A stretch of 64,000 nt of DNA from Myxococcota bacterium (GTDB lineage Bacteria > Myxococcota_A > UBA9042 > PHBI01 > JAWLBL01), in NCBI GenBank assembly GCA_041687695.1, contig JAWLBL010000018.1, forward strand, positions 96,001 through 160,000, in the 5' to 3' direction. Positions within the stretch are counted from its first letter, which is position 1. Each line of letters starts with the position of its first letter. Below the pieces are notes generated by a model. It was given only the letters and a program-made list of their open reading frames with translations, was not told the origin of the DNA and ran no database searches. Both the position numbers and the translations under genes were made by a program. Positions 13,301 to 21,677 of this stretch are shown in pieces.

Positions 13301-15308
13301 GTCGGTCTCGCGGCTGCACGTCGGCCTGGTCGACGTCGAGCACCTGACGGCCTCCGACGGGGACAGCACCTTCACCATCAACCGCGAGATGCAGGAGTCC
13401 GGCTCGCTGGTGGTGGTCAACATCGACGTCGACCAGCTGGACTGGACGCCGGGCGGCGGCCTCATCGGGTCGCCGATGACCATCAGCCACGTCGGCTGCC
13501 ACGAGCTGGGCGTGCAGATCGGCGCCGACCTGCGCGCGCAGGCGGACCTCGACGCGCACGGCATCCAGGTGCAGTTCCTGCAGGGCGGGCGCATCCGGAC
13601 GCGGGTCTCCGAGCTGGACCTGGCCGTCGAGGGCGAGCAGGGCGGCACCGAGTTCGGCGCGCGGCTGGAGGGGGCCGACACGGGCGAGATCGAGGTCGGG
13701 CCCAACGAGATCACGGTCCCCGGCCTGCGCATCCCGACGCTGACCCTGAGCCGCATGGCGATGGACAGCGACGCCATGGGCTTTCGCCTGCAGCCGGGCG
13801 GGCAGGTGCGCCTGACGTCCATCGCCGCGGACCTGACCGTGCACCGCCGCCCCAACCCCACGCGCGGCCAGTCCTCGATCGACCGCATCGTGGTCCGGCG
13901 CCTGCACGTGCCGGCCGTCACCGCCAGCGGCTTCGAGCTGGATCTGAAGAGCCAGGGGCTGCAGGTCTCGCTGGGCGCCGAGCACACCGGGACCGTGTCG
14001 GATCTGCTGGTCGAGGACTACGTGGTCCAGGCGCCGGCGACCCCCGACGGCACCTGGCGCACCAGCGGCCGCGCCAGCACCGGCGCCATCGACCTGCCGC
14101 GCCTGCGCCTGGCGATGAGCGGCACCCAGTTCTTCAGCGACCTCGCCGTGCGCTCCATCGCGATGCGCGAGCTGTCCGACGGGCGCCGCACCATCGACGT
14201 CATGGGCGTCACCGCCGACAACGTCGAGGGGCAGACCGGCGGCTCGAGGTTCGGGGTCCAGGGCATCGACGTCGCCTCGGTGCGCGTGCAGAGCGACGAA
14301 GACGGCAGCTCGACCACCGTCGGCGAGACGAGCGTGCGCGGGCTGACCTACAGCGACGGCAACGTCACCCTCGAGATCGCCTCGGCCGCCCTGCCCGACG
14401 GCGTGCAGCTACCGGCCAGCGGCCCGGTCACCATCCCCGAGCTGACCATCCAGCAGGCGCAGCTGCGGATCGGGAACCTGGGCGCCCTCGCCGGCGGCGG
14501 CGGCGGCGGCGAGGCGGGCCCCGGGGTCGACATGTCCTTTTTGGACTCGCTGCAGGGGCACCTCAACTTCCGCCTGGTGGTCACCTACTTCCTCGACCAC
14601 TACGGGCTGCGCAACCTGCGCCGCACGGTGGAGCTGCCCATCCGCAACGGCGCCATCGACTTCGCCTCCGCCGAGGACCAGATCCTGGGCGGGCTCGAGG
14701 ACGCCGCGGTGGACTTCGAGTTCGACGACGACACGGGCCTGCTGCGCCTCGAGGTCGACTACGTCGTCGGGCACTCCGACCTCATCCACTGGAGCCTGGA
14801 CGAGGAGGGCCAGGAGCTGGCCGAGCGGGACCGCATCCGGCTGCGCGACCTGGCCCGCGCTCGGATGGTCCCCAGCGACAGCGACGGCGACTCGCCGATC
14901 GAGCTGTTCTACGCCAACATCGAGGACATCGACGCCCGGCTCGACATCCGCCGCCCCACCACCATCGACCTGGGCCCGCGCGGGCGCATCCACCTGCTCG
15001 AGGACGGGCTGGTCGGCCTGACCGCGCGCGGCGCCATCCGGACCAGCGGCAGCGGCAACCACGTCGCCTCCGCCCTCAACCTCGGCCTGGCCGAGGCGAA
15101 CGCCCGCCTCGAGAACCTGAACCTCAACGGCGCCCTGCTCAACCTCGAGCACCTGCACCTCGGGCCCATCACCGACGTGTCCATCGGCTTCCGCAGCTTC
15201 AACCCGCAGGCGATGAGCGGCACGCTGACCTCGGCCCGCGCCCGCAACATCCGCGTCACCCTGCCGCCGTCGGGCGGCGGGGCCGCGCCGCGCCGGCCGC
15301 GCCGCTGA
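7320..15308 (+). CDS. Giant (~2660 aa) protein: N-terminal DUF4157 (eCIS core) domain, helical DW repeats, coiled-coil inserts, long beta-rich repeat region
   Basis: LGREVGVDPRAVRV...AAAVGATVV...GLALLRHELTHVRQ (HELTH at 7758-7772); protein-like composition from ATG 7320/7326 onward; the upstream part of the 3412-aa ORF call is off-frame overlap with the ATPase. Confidence 0.85.
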   Translation: MRMHSDAETGREQRRSRETPGQAPVRPAVPSDPTSFVLALERLGADPRRLDEYLAEGLRAGLVGAADVQRIEALVGGRAASRALHPEAADRLGREVGVDPRAVRVSAEMPGAFLRAGMGAAAVGATVVAPEGTFQEEQGVGLALLRHELTHVRQHLDARTPAAIHFDAGRTAAEGQARAAQTRVDPTAAEEIEAVRRAHGAEAARVREILGSLIVTDGDVHRVLRVLSHWDSDTITSFWRGLPGRFVERLFGELDASHFRQQPREMLASARALTVQRRFQLIREWSSTGLFNGVNETEALAIFWVLQGLPRSSLEAFMQLDGGDSYRAYRRSLPADARQRLEAGINPQLEAQLRRQEEGRRRDAAAEEEARRQQAVVNGVVGRCRELLSTGFTDWAVTDGDARRVFQILSGLADEAALGAAVRDLEATGHMAVWVDNLPAAEAYRRPDVRHFLRIVRHRPPEAAIEQAMGLLSYGLFDWAVTDAEAVVAYHLIRGLPPSAQHAFRMRDGNQWFVRMERNLTGDVLTGREGAEGGYGLIDGGGEADVARQERERADDTATVQQHQPEVEALAQRIRDANATTAPGVLADLCGDGGARCRAFTRHLERLGLVVRLLDRLGDARWAPDNRHKTLAVMRHRDPAHNLHHIRELLTTWLFDWEITAPEARLAYECIRALPPETRRQFIAMEPEWFAAMDENISRELRESEDFGLYDGRASGDRAALLGQLLEPELWQASSLGRLRMVLHMVRQAGERQAAAPHVQRHFADSDAHRQLFVELGYAPDGRLVPEQVIDRTDANTLRLIGAALGTLVDTEHASSFIFYALGFRDSGSLRGLPLDRAQDMFGGHLMGVRVAQVEHTEDAADQQDAAELDALVDEERGLVEAEIASLPIENINLMMGSNTLRTGRAQVTGLRLRVKWATDVDPETSFVLSLGGLEVSDAMLVQEDRLYGVGRIALSGLEIRGERPDPQVVERGDSTLADVMKALGRVVEVVFMPLTLPLGLSSLLRDFGGLVETIRTSFSEHVNLRLSLGSLVVQDVVDSRGGHVEQLGLGGVELDIVTSPLARVRQQLAELRRAGAGAADPARQAQLAQLEAEERELAEAERRLEALRQRRADPSLDAERRRADEEEIQALSRRVEVLEVQGSVRGGLHVQGANMGGLEAERLEVGDLTVSGRAEGVDALAGLTDRGALTSDARAAGLRPDDETTPAMAGALTVTAGTVSGEGVAFGSTQPRHLALDAIIAELAPRLSAGTLNEDDRTRLEAAQRERRALTPHVARLAQLQERFATLNETERREYLEIQGLLRQPPSLRVERLALTNASIDVDPTGPAVGLRADGASLEGLELGGVQVGSLSASGLQLGYDGSGDGSATVAADEAVLGQVDQVGRLERLRARRAALEALEVRSPRDEGELRGVVEQLALYERLAAEVAELTARWDAVPEGERGSAESVALRQRLARRASEKASWEGGAHADAVEVRDAHLRIGGLTTFAETGGGLTVEGRQEEGEANGRMAGEVTLRGVRQGDTSVEQVTLRDLGGQVRIVTPDHYRVEGLRLGSLTVAGIDARGGGSHVQVREQVQLSGLEVSLDLRWHQVREGAALVRRIERVEVPRLRLDELRGRGIDATTASGRFHLRDGALRGIHVTDLVFDGASGTTTFGRVAASGLTLEDLRAHTADGLRASVGSLRTGDIAVSSVQAGAYTIDIDAIFGDDIRYDAEGMGLTVANLSGGSVRGLEYDTNSGRVVFPNIHLDALTLSRASWSAPPKHLGIGTRLTARGVDIAGRANLRTEAERRSPDEGALESLDLSSVVIREASFQGLTYRDDALGRQIEVRSGSLANLRVTNLHLDASALTARVDLGSSRLEGIDAAIGEAMRVRGDLAFDGFGIDLLRSGGMALDIDNLSTPDLQLQLGTRATGINVVNLAGSTGIYGRVEMEGQTTRLRRFELGDLRLSQLDWRAGGMRLRSSRAIGLYDVRFDAELVQGTDEAGESVLERASVSRLHVGLVDVEHLTASDGDSTFTINREMQESGSLVVVNIDVDQLDWTPGGGLIGSPMTISHVGCHELGVQIGADLRAQADLDAHGIQVQFLQGGRIRTRVSELDLAVEGEQGGTEFGARLEGADTGEIEVGPNEITVPGLRIPTLTLSRMAMDSDAMGFRLQPGGQVRLTSIAADLTVHRRPNPTRGQSSIDRIVVRRLHVPAVTASGFELDLKSQGLQVSLGAEHTGTVSDLLVEDYVVQAPATPDGTWRTSGRASTGAIDLPRLRLAMSGTQFFSDLAVRSIAMRELSDGRRTIDVMGVTADNVEGQTGGSRFGVQGIDVASVRVQSDEDGSSTTVGETSVRGLTYSDGNVTLEIASAALPDGVQLPASGPVTIPELTIQQAQLRIGNLGALAGGGGGGEAGPGVDMSFLDSLQGHLNFRLVVTYFLDHYGLRNLRRTVELPIRNGAIDFASAEDQILGGLEDAAVDFEFDDDTGLLRLEVDYVVGHSDLIHWSLDEEGQELAERDRIRLRDLARARMVPSDSDGDSPIELFYANIEDIDARLDIRRPTTIDLGPRGRIHLLEDGLVGLTARGAIRTSGSGNHVASALNLGLAEANARLENLNLNGALLNLEHLHLGPITDVSIGFRSFNPQAMSGTLTSARARNIRVTLPPSGGGAAPRRPRR

Positions 15309-15310
15309 CC

Positions 15311-16762
15311 TCAGAGGTCGCTCAGGGTCTGGGGGGCTGGCGTCAGCGCGCGCGGGCCCTCGGCGAAGGTGGCGCGCAGGCGGCTGGCGAGATCGGGGCC
15401 CGGCTGCAGCGGCACGGTGAACGCGACCGGCACCACGCCCGCACCGGAGGTCGCGCCCTCCCGCCACAGCTGCAGCGCCACCAGGTCGGGGCCGCTGGAC
15501 AGCTGCCGGCGCGCGAAGGCGACCGTGGCGCGACCGGCCCCCGCCGCGCCCAGGGCCAGGGCCGGGGGAGGCGGCAGCCGCGCGATGGCCAGCTCCTCGG
15601 CCTCGAGGGTCGCCCGCGACGACGCGTCGTCGGCCAGGGCGCCGAGCAGGGCGTGCCGGGCCGCGTCGGTCGCGCGGTCCTTCACCGGCCCCCAGAGCAC
15701 CCCGTCGGCCCGCACCAGCAGCGTCAGGCCCGACGAATACCCGTCGCCGGGGAAGGTCAGGGTGTGCTCGACGTCGAGCCACAGCGCCCCCGGCTCGGCC
15801 GGCGGCCGCGCCGCCGGGGCGACCCACAGCCGCGCGTGAGCCCCCTGGACCAGCGGTGACGCCGCCGGCGGCGTGGGAGCGGCGGGCGCCGCGAAGGCGG
15901 CCAGCTCGTCCGGGGTGGTGTCGATGACCAGCGCGCAGCCGTCCGGGGCGCCGACCCGCAGGCGCAGCGCCTCGACCTCCGCGCCGTCCAGCACGCCGGC
16001 CGGCGTGGGCAGCGCGACCGTGGACCCGTCGCCGCCGGTCTCCAGCCGAGACACCGGCGCCATCGCGAAGACGCGGGCGCAGGTCCGGCCCGGGACCACA
16101 TCGCAGGCGTAGCGCCCCAGCGCCTCCAGGCCCTCGGTCAGGTGCTGGCGCCGGCGCTTGGCCAGCTCGGCGGCGGGGGGCCTCGGACCGCGCAGCGCGG
16201 GGTCGAACAGGCCCAGGGTCAGGACCCGGGTCGCCGCGTCGACCGCCACGCGCAGGTCGCCCTCGACCTTCCCGGGCCGGCCCTCGGGCCGCGTCAGCCC
16301 CGCCAGCCGCCACAGGGCGGCGCCCTGCGCCGGGACCCACCACTGGCCCCCCTGACGGCGCAGCGGCAGCGCCGTGACCGGGACCTCGGGCCTCTGCGCG
16401 CCCGTCACCTCGAAGCTCACGACCTGCGCGCGCGCCCCCTCGAGCGGCGTCGCCCCCAGCCGCGCCGCGATCCGCTCGGCCGGCAGCGTCCGCGTCCGCG
16501 CGCGCAGCGCCACCCCCTCGAGCACCGCCCGCCGCACCGCCTGCCGCTCCTGCTCGCTCGCCTCGTCACCCGCCTGCGCCAGCGTCTGGCAGGCCTCGGC
16601 CAGCCGCCCGCTGCGCGCCAGCTCGACGGCGCTGCTCGCGCAGCCGGCGCCCAGCCCCGCGCCCCCGAGCAGCCCCGCCAGGACCCACCCCCTCAGGGTC
16701 GAGCGCCGCGCCCGCGTGGCCCGGGGACCGCCAATCTCGCACTCCTCGCTCGATCTCCTCAC
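15311..16762 (-). CDS. Hypothetical lipoprotein
   Basis: Basic N-region, hydrophobic stretch and lipobox-like GLGAGC; GTG start overlaps upstream TGA (start uncertain). Confidence 0.6.
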   Translation of the reverse strand: MRRSSEECEIGGPRATRARRSTLRGWVLAGLLGGAGLGAGCASSAVELARSGRLAEACQTLAQAGDEASEQERQAVRRAVLEGVALRARTRTLPAERIAARLGATPLEGARAQVVSFEVTGAQRPEVPVTALPLRRQGGQWWVPAQGAALWRLAGLTRPEGRPGKVEGDLRVAVDAATRVLTLGLFDPALRGPRPPAAELAKRRRQHLTEGLEALGRYACDVVPGRTCARVFAMAPVSRLETGGDGSTVALPTPAGVLDGAEVEALRLRVGAPDGCALVIDTTPDELAAFAAPAAPTPPAASPLVQGAHARLWVAPAARPPAEPGALWLDVEHTLTFPGDGYSSGLTLLVRADGVLWGPVKDRATDAARHALLGALADDASSRATLEAEELAIARLPPPPALALGAAGAGRATVAFARRQLSSGPDLVALQLWREGATSGAGVVPVAFTVPLQPGPDLASRLRATFAEGPRALTPAPQTLSDL

Positions 16763-18042
16763 GACGCGCCCTCCTCCCGACCGCCCGACACCACCGCCAA
16801 ACCGCCCTCGCCCTCGGCCAGGGCCAGCTGGCCGCCGTCGGCGTCGACCACCGCCAGGCCGCCAGCGCTGATCGCGTGGCGAGCGCGGATGCTGGCGATG
16901 GCGTCCAGGCAGGCGTCGTGGAGCATGGAGCCTACCGACTCGTAGTCGGCGACCCGCTGCAGCGCGGGGATGACCTCGGGGCCGGCCACGCGCGCCAGCG
17001 CCTGCGCGGCGGCGGTCGAGCCGAGGCCCAGGTCGTCGCCGAGGACCTCGAGCAGCCAGGGGATCGTCTGGGCCGGAGGCAGGCTGGCGACCACGCGGGC
17101 GACGATGTCGCCGCGGGCGGAGGCCGGGAGGAGCCCCCAGGCGCGCCGGGCGCTCGCGAGGTCCACCGGCGCCTGCAGGCGCACCATGGCGGGCCAGGCG
17201 GTGTCGGTCAGGGCAGGGTGCCGCACGGTCACCCACGCGAACAGCGCCGCCGCCCGCTCGCGGGTCACCCGGCGCAACAGCTGGTCCAGGGTCTGCCGCC
17301 GCAGCGCCTCCGACAGGGCCGGGTCCCGGACCAGGGCCTCGAGCGCCGGGACGGCCTCGTAGTCGGGCGCCGTGCGGGCGAGGACGTAGCGCAGCACCTG
17401 GTCATCGGTCTGGACCGGGCCCAGGTGGGCGCGCGCCGTCGGCAGCGCGTCGGGGAAGTGCACGTCCAGCAGGGCCAGGGCCAGGGCCCGGTCGCGCTCC
17501 TGGACGCCGAGAGACGTGAGCCGCGCGGTCAGGCGCACCTCGAGCGGCGACAGCGCCGCCAACTGGTCGCCCAGGCGCACGCAGAGGTCGCGCATGGCCC
17601 CCAGATGCGGCGCGTCGGGGCTCCAGTGGCCGCTGACCCAGCCCCAGGAGAGCCGCGCGCCCAGGCCTCGCACATGCTCCTGAAATCCCTGCTGCTCGTC
17701 GCGGGTCGCCACCAGCCGCAGCGGGATGGGCGTGCCCCGGTCGGGCCAGCGTCGCTCGAGGTCCACGGGCGGCGCGCTGAAGACCAGCAGCGGGTGGACG
17801 CGGTCGCTGCGGTCGAGGCGGAAGACGAATCCCTGTCCGTCGGTCTCGGGCTCGCAGGTGAAACCGTCGACGGCCGGGTCCCCAGGGCGCCGCCCCAGCT
17901 CGCGCTTCAGGCGCTGGACCGCGCTTCGACGCGTCGCCCGCTTGGCCAGCGCGCGCTTGACCGGCGGACCCAGGTGATGGACGGCCATCCCGCCCAGGAT
18001 CAGCGTGTTGGTGATGGCCCACAGGACGGTGCCGATCTTCAT
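16759..18042 (-). CDS. N-terminally anchored HEAT-repeat protein (paralog 1)
   Basis: N-terminal hydrophobic helix; HEAT-like AAAQALARVAGPEVIPAL; C-terminal SAGGLAVVDADGGQLALA. Confidence 0.75.
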   Translation of the reverse strand: MKIGTVLWAITNTLILGGMAVHHLGPPVKRALAKRATRRSAVQRLKRELGRRPGDPAVDGFTCEPETDGQGFVFRLDRSDRVHPLLVFSAPPVDLERRWPDRGTPIPLRLVATRDEQQGFQEHVRGLGARLSWGWVSGHWSPDAPHLGAMRDLCVRLGDQLAALSPLEVRLTARLTSLGVQERDRALALALLDVHFPDALPTARAHLGPVQTDDQVLRYVLARTAPDYEAVPALEALVRDPALSEALRRQTLDQLLRRVTRERAAALFAWVTVRHPALTDTAWPAMVRLQAPVDLASARRAWGLLPASARGDIVARVVASLPPAQTIPWLLEVLGDDLGLGSTAAAQALARVAGPEVIPALQRVADYESVGSMLHDACLDAIASIRARHAISAGGLAVVDADGGQLALAEGEGGLAVVSGGREEGAS

Positions 18043-19352
18043 CGAGCGTCTTCCTCGGCGACGGCCAGCGTCCCGTCCCCTGCGGCCAGGGCCAGCTGGC
18101 CGCCGTCGGCGTCGACGAGCGCCAGGCCGCCGGCGCTGACCGTGTGGCGGGAGCGGATGGCGAGCGCGGCGCGGGCGCAGGCTTCGCGCGTGGGGTCCTC
18201 GGGCGGCAGGTCCGCGGTGATGCGGCCCAGGTGGGGCAGGGCGGCCGGCGTGCCGATGCGGCCCAGCGCGTCGGCGGCGGCCTCGACCACGGTGGCCTCG
18301 GGCGCGTCCAGCCGCTCGACGAGCCAGCGCGTCGTCGCCTCGGAGGCCTCTCCGCGCGCGACGGCGCCGACCAGGTCGGCCCGGATCAGGGCGGAGGACA
18401 GGCGAGGCAGGATCCGGGCGGCGAGCGCGACGTCGAGCGGGAGGCGGGCCCGCACCACGGCACGGGTCGCCGCCTCGAGCAGGAAGGGCGCCTGCTCGGC
18501 GGCGTAGTCGAGGAGGTCGCGCAGCTCCGCGCGCTCGACCCGCGAGGTCAGGGGATCGAAGGCCGCGCGACGGATGCCGCCGTCGAGGTCGCGGTCGGTC
18601 AGCAGCTCGAGCAAGGCCTCGCGGGCCTCGCGCGGAGGGGCGGTGCGAGCGACGGCCCAGCGCGCCAGGGGAGCACCGCGTTCGGCGAGGGCCGCGCGGG
18701 CTGAGGGCAACTGGGGCGAGTCGGGCCAGTGCGCGTGGAGGAGCGCGAGCGCGATGGCGGCGTCGTCCTCGGGCGTCAGCGGGTCGAGGACACGCGCGGC
18801 GAGCCGCTCGTCGATCGGGCCCAGCGCCGAGAGGGCCTCGCCGGCCGCGAAGTAGGCGTCCCGGAGGGCGACCAGATCGGTGAGCGCGTCCGGGGCCACC
18901 CCCTCGAGACGTCCGCCAGCCAGCTGACAGCGCGCGGCGCCGAGCAGGAGCTGCAGCGGCGCCAGCTCCTGCGGCGACGTGACGCGGCCGAGCGGGATGG
19001 GCTGCTCGCGGTCGGGCCAGCGGGCGACCAGGTCGAAGTCGGCATGGATGCCAGCGAGCTGCGGCGCGATGCGCCCGTGGCCGTCCAGGGTCATGACGAC
19101 GTCCGGCCCGTCGACCTCGGCGTGGAACAGCAGGCCGTCGCGCGTGACGACGGCGCCGTCGTAGCCGAGCTCGTCGTCGATGCGCTTCTGGGCCAGCCGC
19201 CGGGCGCGGGCGTTTTGGTAGTCGTGGGCCTGGGTGCGGTACAGGAAGTACACGGCGACGACGATGAAGAAGCCAGCCAGGACCAGCACGATGCCGAACC
19301 CCGGGACCCCTTCGGCGAAGCGGTCCCCGTAGCCGGTCAGGTCGGCCATCAT
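18039..19352 (-). CDS. N-terminally anchored HEAT-repeat protein (paralog 2)
   Basis: TM helix GFGIVLVLAGFFIVVAVYF; VVEAAADALGRIGTPAALPHL; same C-terminal motif as paralog 1; ATGA overlaps on both sides. Confidence 0.75.
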   Translation of the reverse strand: MMADLTGYGDRFAEGVPGFGIVLVLAGFFIVVAVYFLYRTQAHDYQNARARRLAQKRIDDELGYDGAVVTRDGLLFHAEVDGPDVVMTLDGHGRIAPQLAGIHADFDLVARWPDREQPIPLGRVTSPQELAPLQLLLGAARCQLAGGRLEGVAPDALTDLVALRDAYFAAGEALSALGPIDERLAARVLDPLTPEDDAAIALALLHAHWPDSPQLPSARAALAERGAPLARWAVARTAPPREAREALLELLTDRDLDGGIRRAAFDPLTSRVERAELRDLLDYAAEQAPFLLEAATRAVVRARLPLDVALAARILPRLSSALIRADLVGAVARGEASEATTRWLVERLDAPEATVVEAAADALGRIGTPAALPHLGRITADLPPEDPTREACARAALAIRSRHTVSAGGLALVDADGGQLALAAGDGTLAVAEEDAR

Positions 19353-20374
19353 CGCGACGGCCTCCAGACGACCTTGCCGGCCTTGTCGACGTAGCCCTTG
19401 GTGAGGACGCCGGACTCGCTGCGAAGGCCGACCATCGCCAGCCCGCCGCGGAAGCTCTGGGCGCTGTCGAACGGGTCGTCCCACCTCGCCGGGATGACCA
19501 GCGCGCCGGTGCGGTCCATCCAGCCCCGCTTGCCGTCGACCTTCACCGTGGCCAGCCCCTCGGAGAACGAGCCGTCGACCACCTCGATGGGGGGCTGGGG
19601 CAGGACGGAAAGGCGCCCCGTCTTGTCGATGAAGCCCTGCCTGCCGTCGACCTTCACCAGCGCCAGGCCTTCGCGGAAGCCCCAGGCGAACTCGAAGGTG
19701 CGGTCGAAGGCCGGCTGGCCCTGCCTGTCCACGTAGTACCAGCCCTGATCGGTCATCACCGGCGCCAGCCCCTCGGAGAAGCCGCGCGAGAGCTTGCCCG
19801 GCACGCGCAGGGCGATGGACCCGTCGGGCGCGTAGAAGCGCACCTCGCTGCGGTCCTTCAGCGTCACCGCGACCAGCCCTTCGCGGAAGTCGGCCGGGTC
19901 GCCGGTGGCGGCGTCGGGCACGTGGAAGGCCACCTTGCCGGTGCGCTCCAGGTAGGCCAGCCGGCGTCCTGGCAGCTCGGCCCAGGCCCGCCCGTCGTGG
20001 AAGTCGCCCACCCGGTCCCATCGCCCTTGAAAGGCCAGCTTCCCCGCCTTGTCGAAGAAGGCCCAGATGTCACGGTCGGCCCGCGAGGCGGCCAGCCCCT
20101 CGTGGAAGTCGCGGACGTGCTCGAGCGCCGGCGCGATGACGTAGCCGCCCTTGGCGTCGATGAAGCCGTAGCGACCGTCGACCAGCACCCGCGCGAGGCC
20201 GTCCGAGAAGCGCGACGCCGCGTCGAAGCGCGGCGCGATGACCACGCGCCCCTTGGCGTCGATGAAGCCGGCCTTGCCGCCGACCTCTACGACGTAAAGG
20301 GCGGGCTCGGCGGGGGGCGCGGCGACCGATGCGGTCGAGAACAACGCGAGCGCGGCGGCGAGGAAGGTGAGCAT
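19349..20374 (-). CDS. Secreted WG-repeat (WG_beta_rep/KWG) protein
   Basis: Signal peptide; repeats FSDGLARV..GRYGFID, FHEGLA, FREGLALV..GRQGFIDKTG. Confidence 0.9.
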   Translation of the reverse strand: MLTFLAAALALFSTASVAAPPAEPALYVVEVGGKAGFIDAKGRVVIAPRFDAASRFSDGLARVLVDGRYGFIDAKGGYVIAPALEHVRDFHEGLAASRADRDIWAFFDKAGKLAFQGRWDRVGDFHDGRAWAELPGRRLAYLERTGKVAFHVPDAATGDPADFREGLVAVTLKDRSEVRFYAPDGSIALRVPGKLSRGFSEGLAPVMTDQGWYYVDRQGQPAFDRTFEFAWGFREGLALVKVDGRQGFIDKTGRLSVLPQPPIEVVDGSFSEGLATVKVDGKRGWMDRTGALVIPARWDDPFDSAQSFRGGLAMVGLRSESGVLTKGYVDKAGKVVWRPSR

Positions 20375-20483
20375 GACCGGCAGGGTAGGTCGCCCCCGCC
20401 CGGCCCCGCAAGGGCAGGGCGGAGGGCCGGGGCCTTGCGTGGATGATCTCCGGTGGGGCGCCGGTTGGTTAGGCTCAATCGGC

Positions 20484-21068
20484 TCAGGACGGCCTGGCCT
20501 CTTTCGCGAGCTTGGCGGCGCAGTGCTCCCTCAGGTGAGGGGTGTGGGCTGCGAGCTCCTCCCAGAGGTCGCGTTCTTGCGTGAAGAGCCTTTGAGCTCG
20601 CTTGATCGCGTTGGCTCGAAAGGATGGGTGGACATCCGGGCGATCATCGAGTTCGAAGAGCCGGCGGTACAAGGCGGCGCGCTCGACGAAGTGCTTCTGG
20701 AGTTGGCCATGCGCGCGATCAAACAAGGATTGCGCGACGGCGAGCGCTTCATCCCCTATGTCGTGGTGAGCGGCCGAGTACTCCGGTGGCCAGCCCAGGT
20801 TGGTTGCGGTCTGGCTCAGCCGACCGCCCGCGGCCACGATGGCGTCCTCGTCGAGGAGCACATAGCCGAAGCGTGCGGGGTCGGGGGGACGCCGGGTGCC
20901 GTAGAAGGAAGCGAGCGCCGTCGTCGGATCGCAGCCTGCATTCATGAGCACGACCGAGATGGTCGGGTACTGACCGGCCAGGTTGGCAACCCTGGCTTCA
21001 GAGCTCCCTGGCCCGTCGTCCAGCCACGGGTCGAGTGGCTGGAGCACGCGCAGGAACTGGCGCGGCAC
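20484..21068 (-). CDS. Hypothetical protein, possible ADP-ribosyltransferase-like toxin
   Basis: 194 aa, last gene of a lower-GC cassette; FLRV..ISV..AHHDI pattern. Confidence 0.55.
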   Translation of the reverse strand: MPRQFLRVLQPLDPWLDDGPGSSEARVANLAGQYPTISVVLMNAGCDPTTALASFYGTRRPPDPARFGYVLLDEDAIVAAGGRLSQTATNLGWPPEYSAAHHDIGDEALAVAQSLFDRAHGQLQKHFVERAALYRRLFELDDRPDVHPSFRANAIKRAQRLFTQERDLWEELAAHTPHLREHCAAKLAKEARPS

Positions 21069-21077
21069 GACCCTTGC

Positions 21078-21677
21078 TCAGTCCTGAAGGATGCGATGGG
21101 CCAGTCGAGCCGACTCGCGTACGAAGTCGCTGGGATCTTCTTCGGACAGAATGGCCAGGCGGGCGATCAGGGACGGATCCCGTTCGTCCAGATGCCGCAA
21201 GCTGTCGATGGCGACGGAGCGGATTCCCGAGCGGGGACTGTCGATGGCCTGCAGCAGGACGGCCATCACTTCCGGGCGCCACCTTGGCAGGTCCTCGGCA
21301 ATGAAGGTCAGGCTCCTCAGGGCGGCGTGACGCTCCCAGGGGTGAGCGGACTCGTCGAGTGAGATGCGCTTCAAGAACGCGACGTCACCCGCAAGTAGAG
21401 GACGGCTGCTGACCTCGGCTCCGACGGTCTCAGCCAATTCGGAGATCGCAGCCTCTCGGTCCGACCGGGTCGCGCATTCCCAGAGTTCGCGAAGCCAGGC
21501 GCTCGGAGGGGACTGCAGCATCTGCTGGCGGTCGAGAACGGTCGATGCACTCAGGCTGTCTTGCCACCAGGCCAGGGCGTCCGCCGACTCGAAGCGGCGT
21601 TGTTCTCCTGCTTCCCGAAGCACGAGAACGCTCACCTCTTCCAAGGCCGACGGTAGGTCCATCATGGGAACGCTCAT
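21078..21677 (-). CDS. Hypothetical protein with C-terminal HEAT repeats
   Basis: PWERHAALRSL, SPRSGIRSVAIDSL, DPSDFVRESA; ATGA overlap with the upstream gene. Confidence 0.7.
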   Translation of the reverse strand: MSVPMMDLPSALEEVSVLVLREAGEQRRFESADALAWWQDSLSASTVLDRQQMLQSPPSAWLRELWECATRSDREAAISELAETVGAEVSSRPLLAGDVAFLKRISLDESAHPWERHAALRSLTFIAEDLPRWRPEVMAVLLQAIDSPRSGIRSVAIDSLRHLDERDPSLIARLAILSEEDPSDFVRESARLAHRILQD

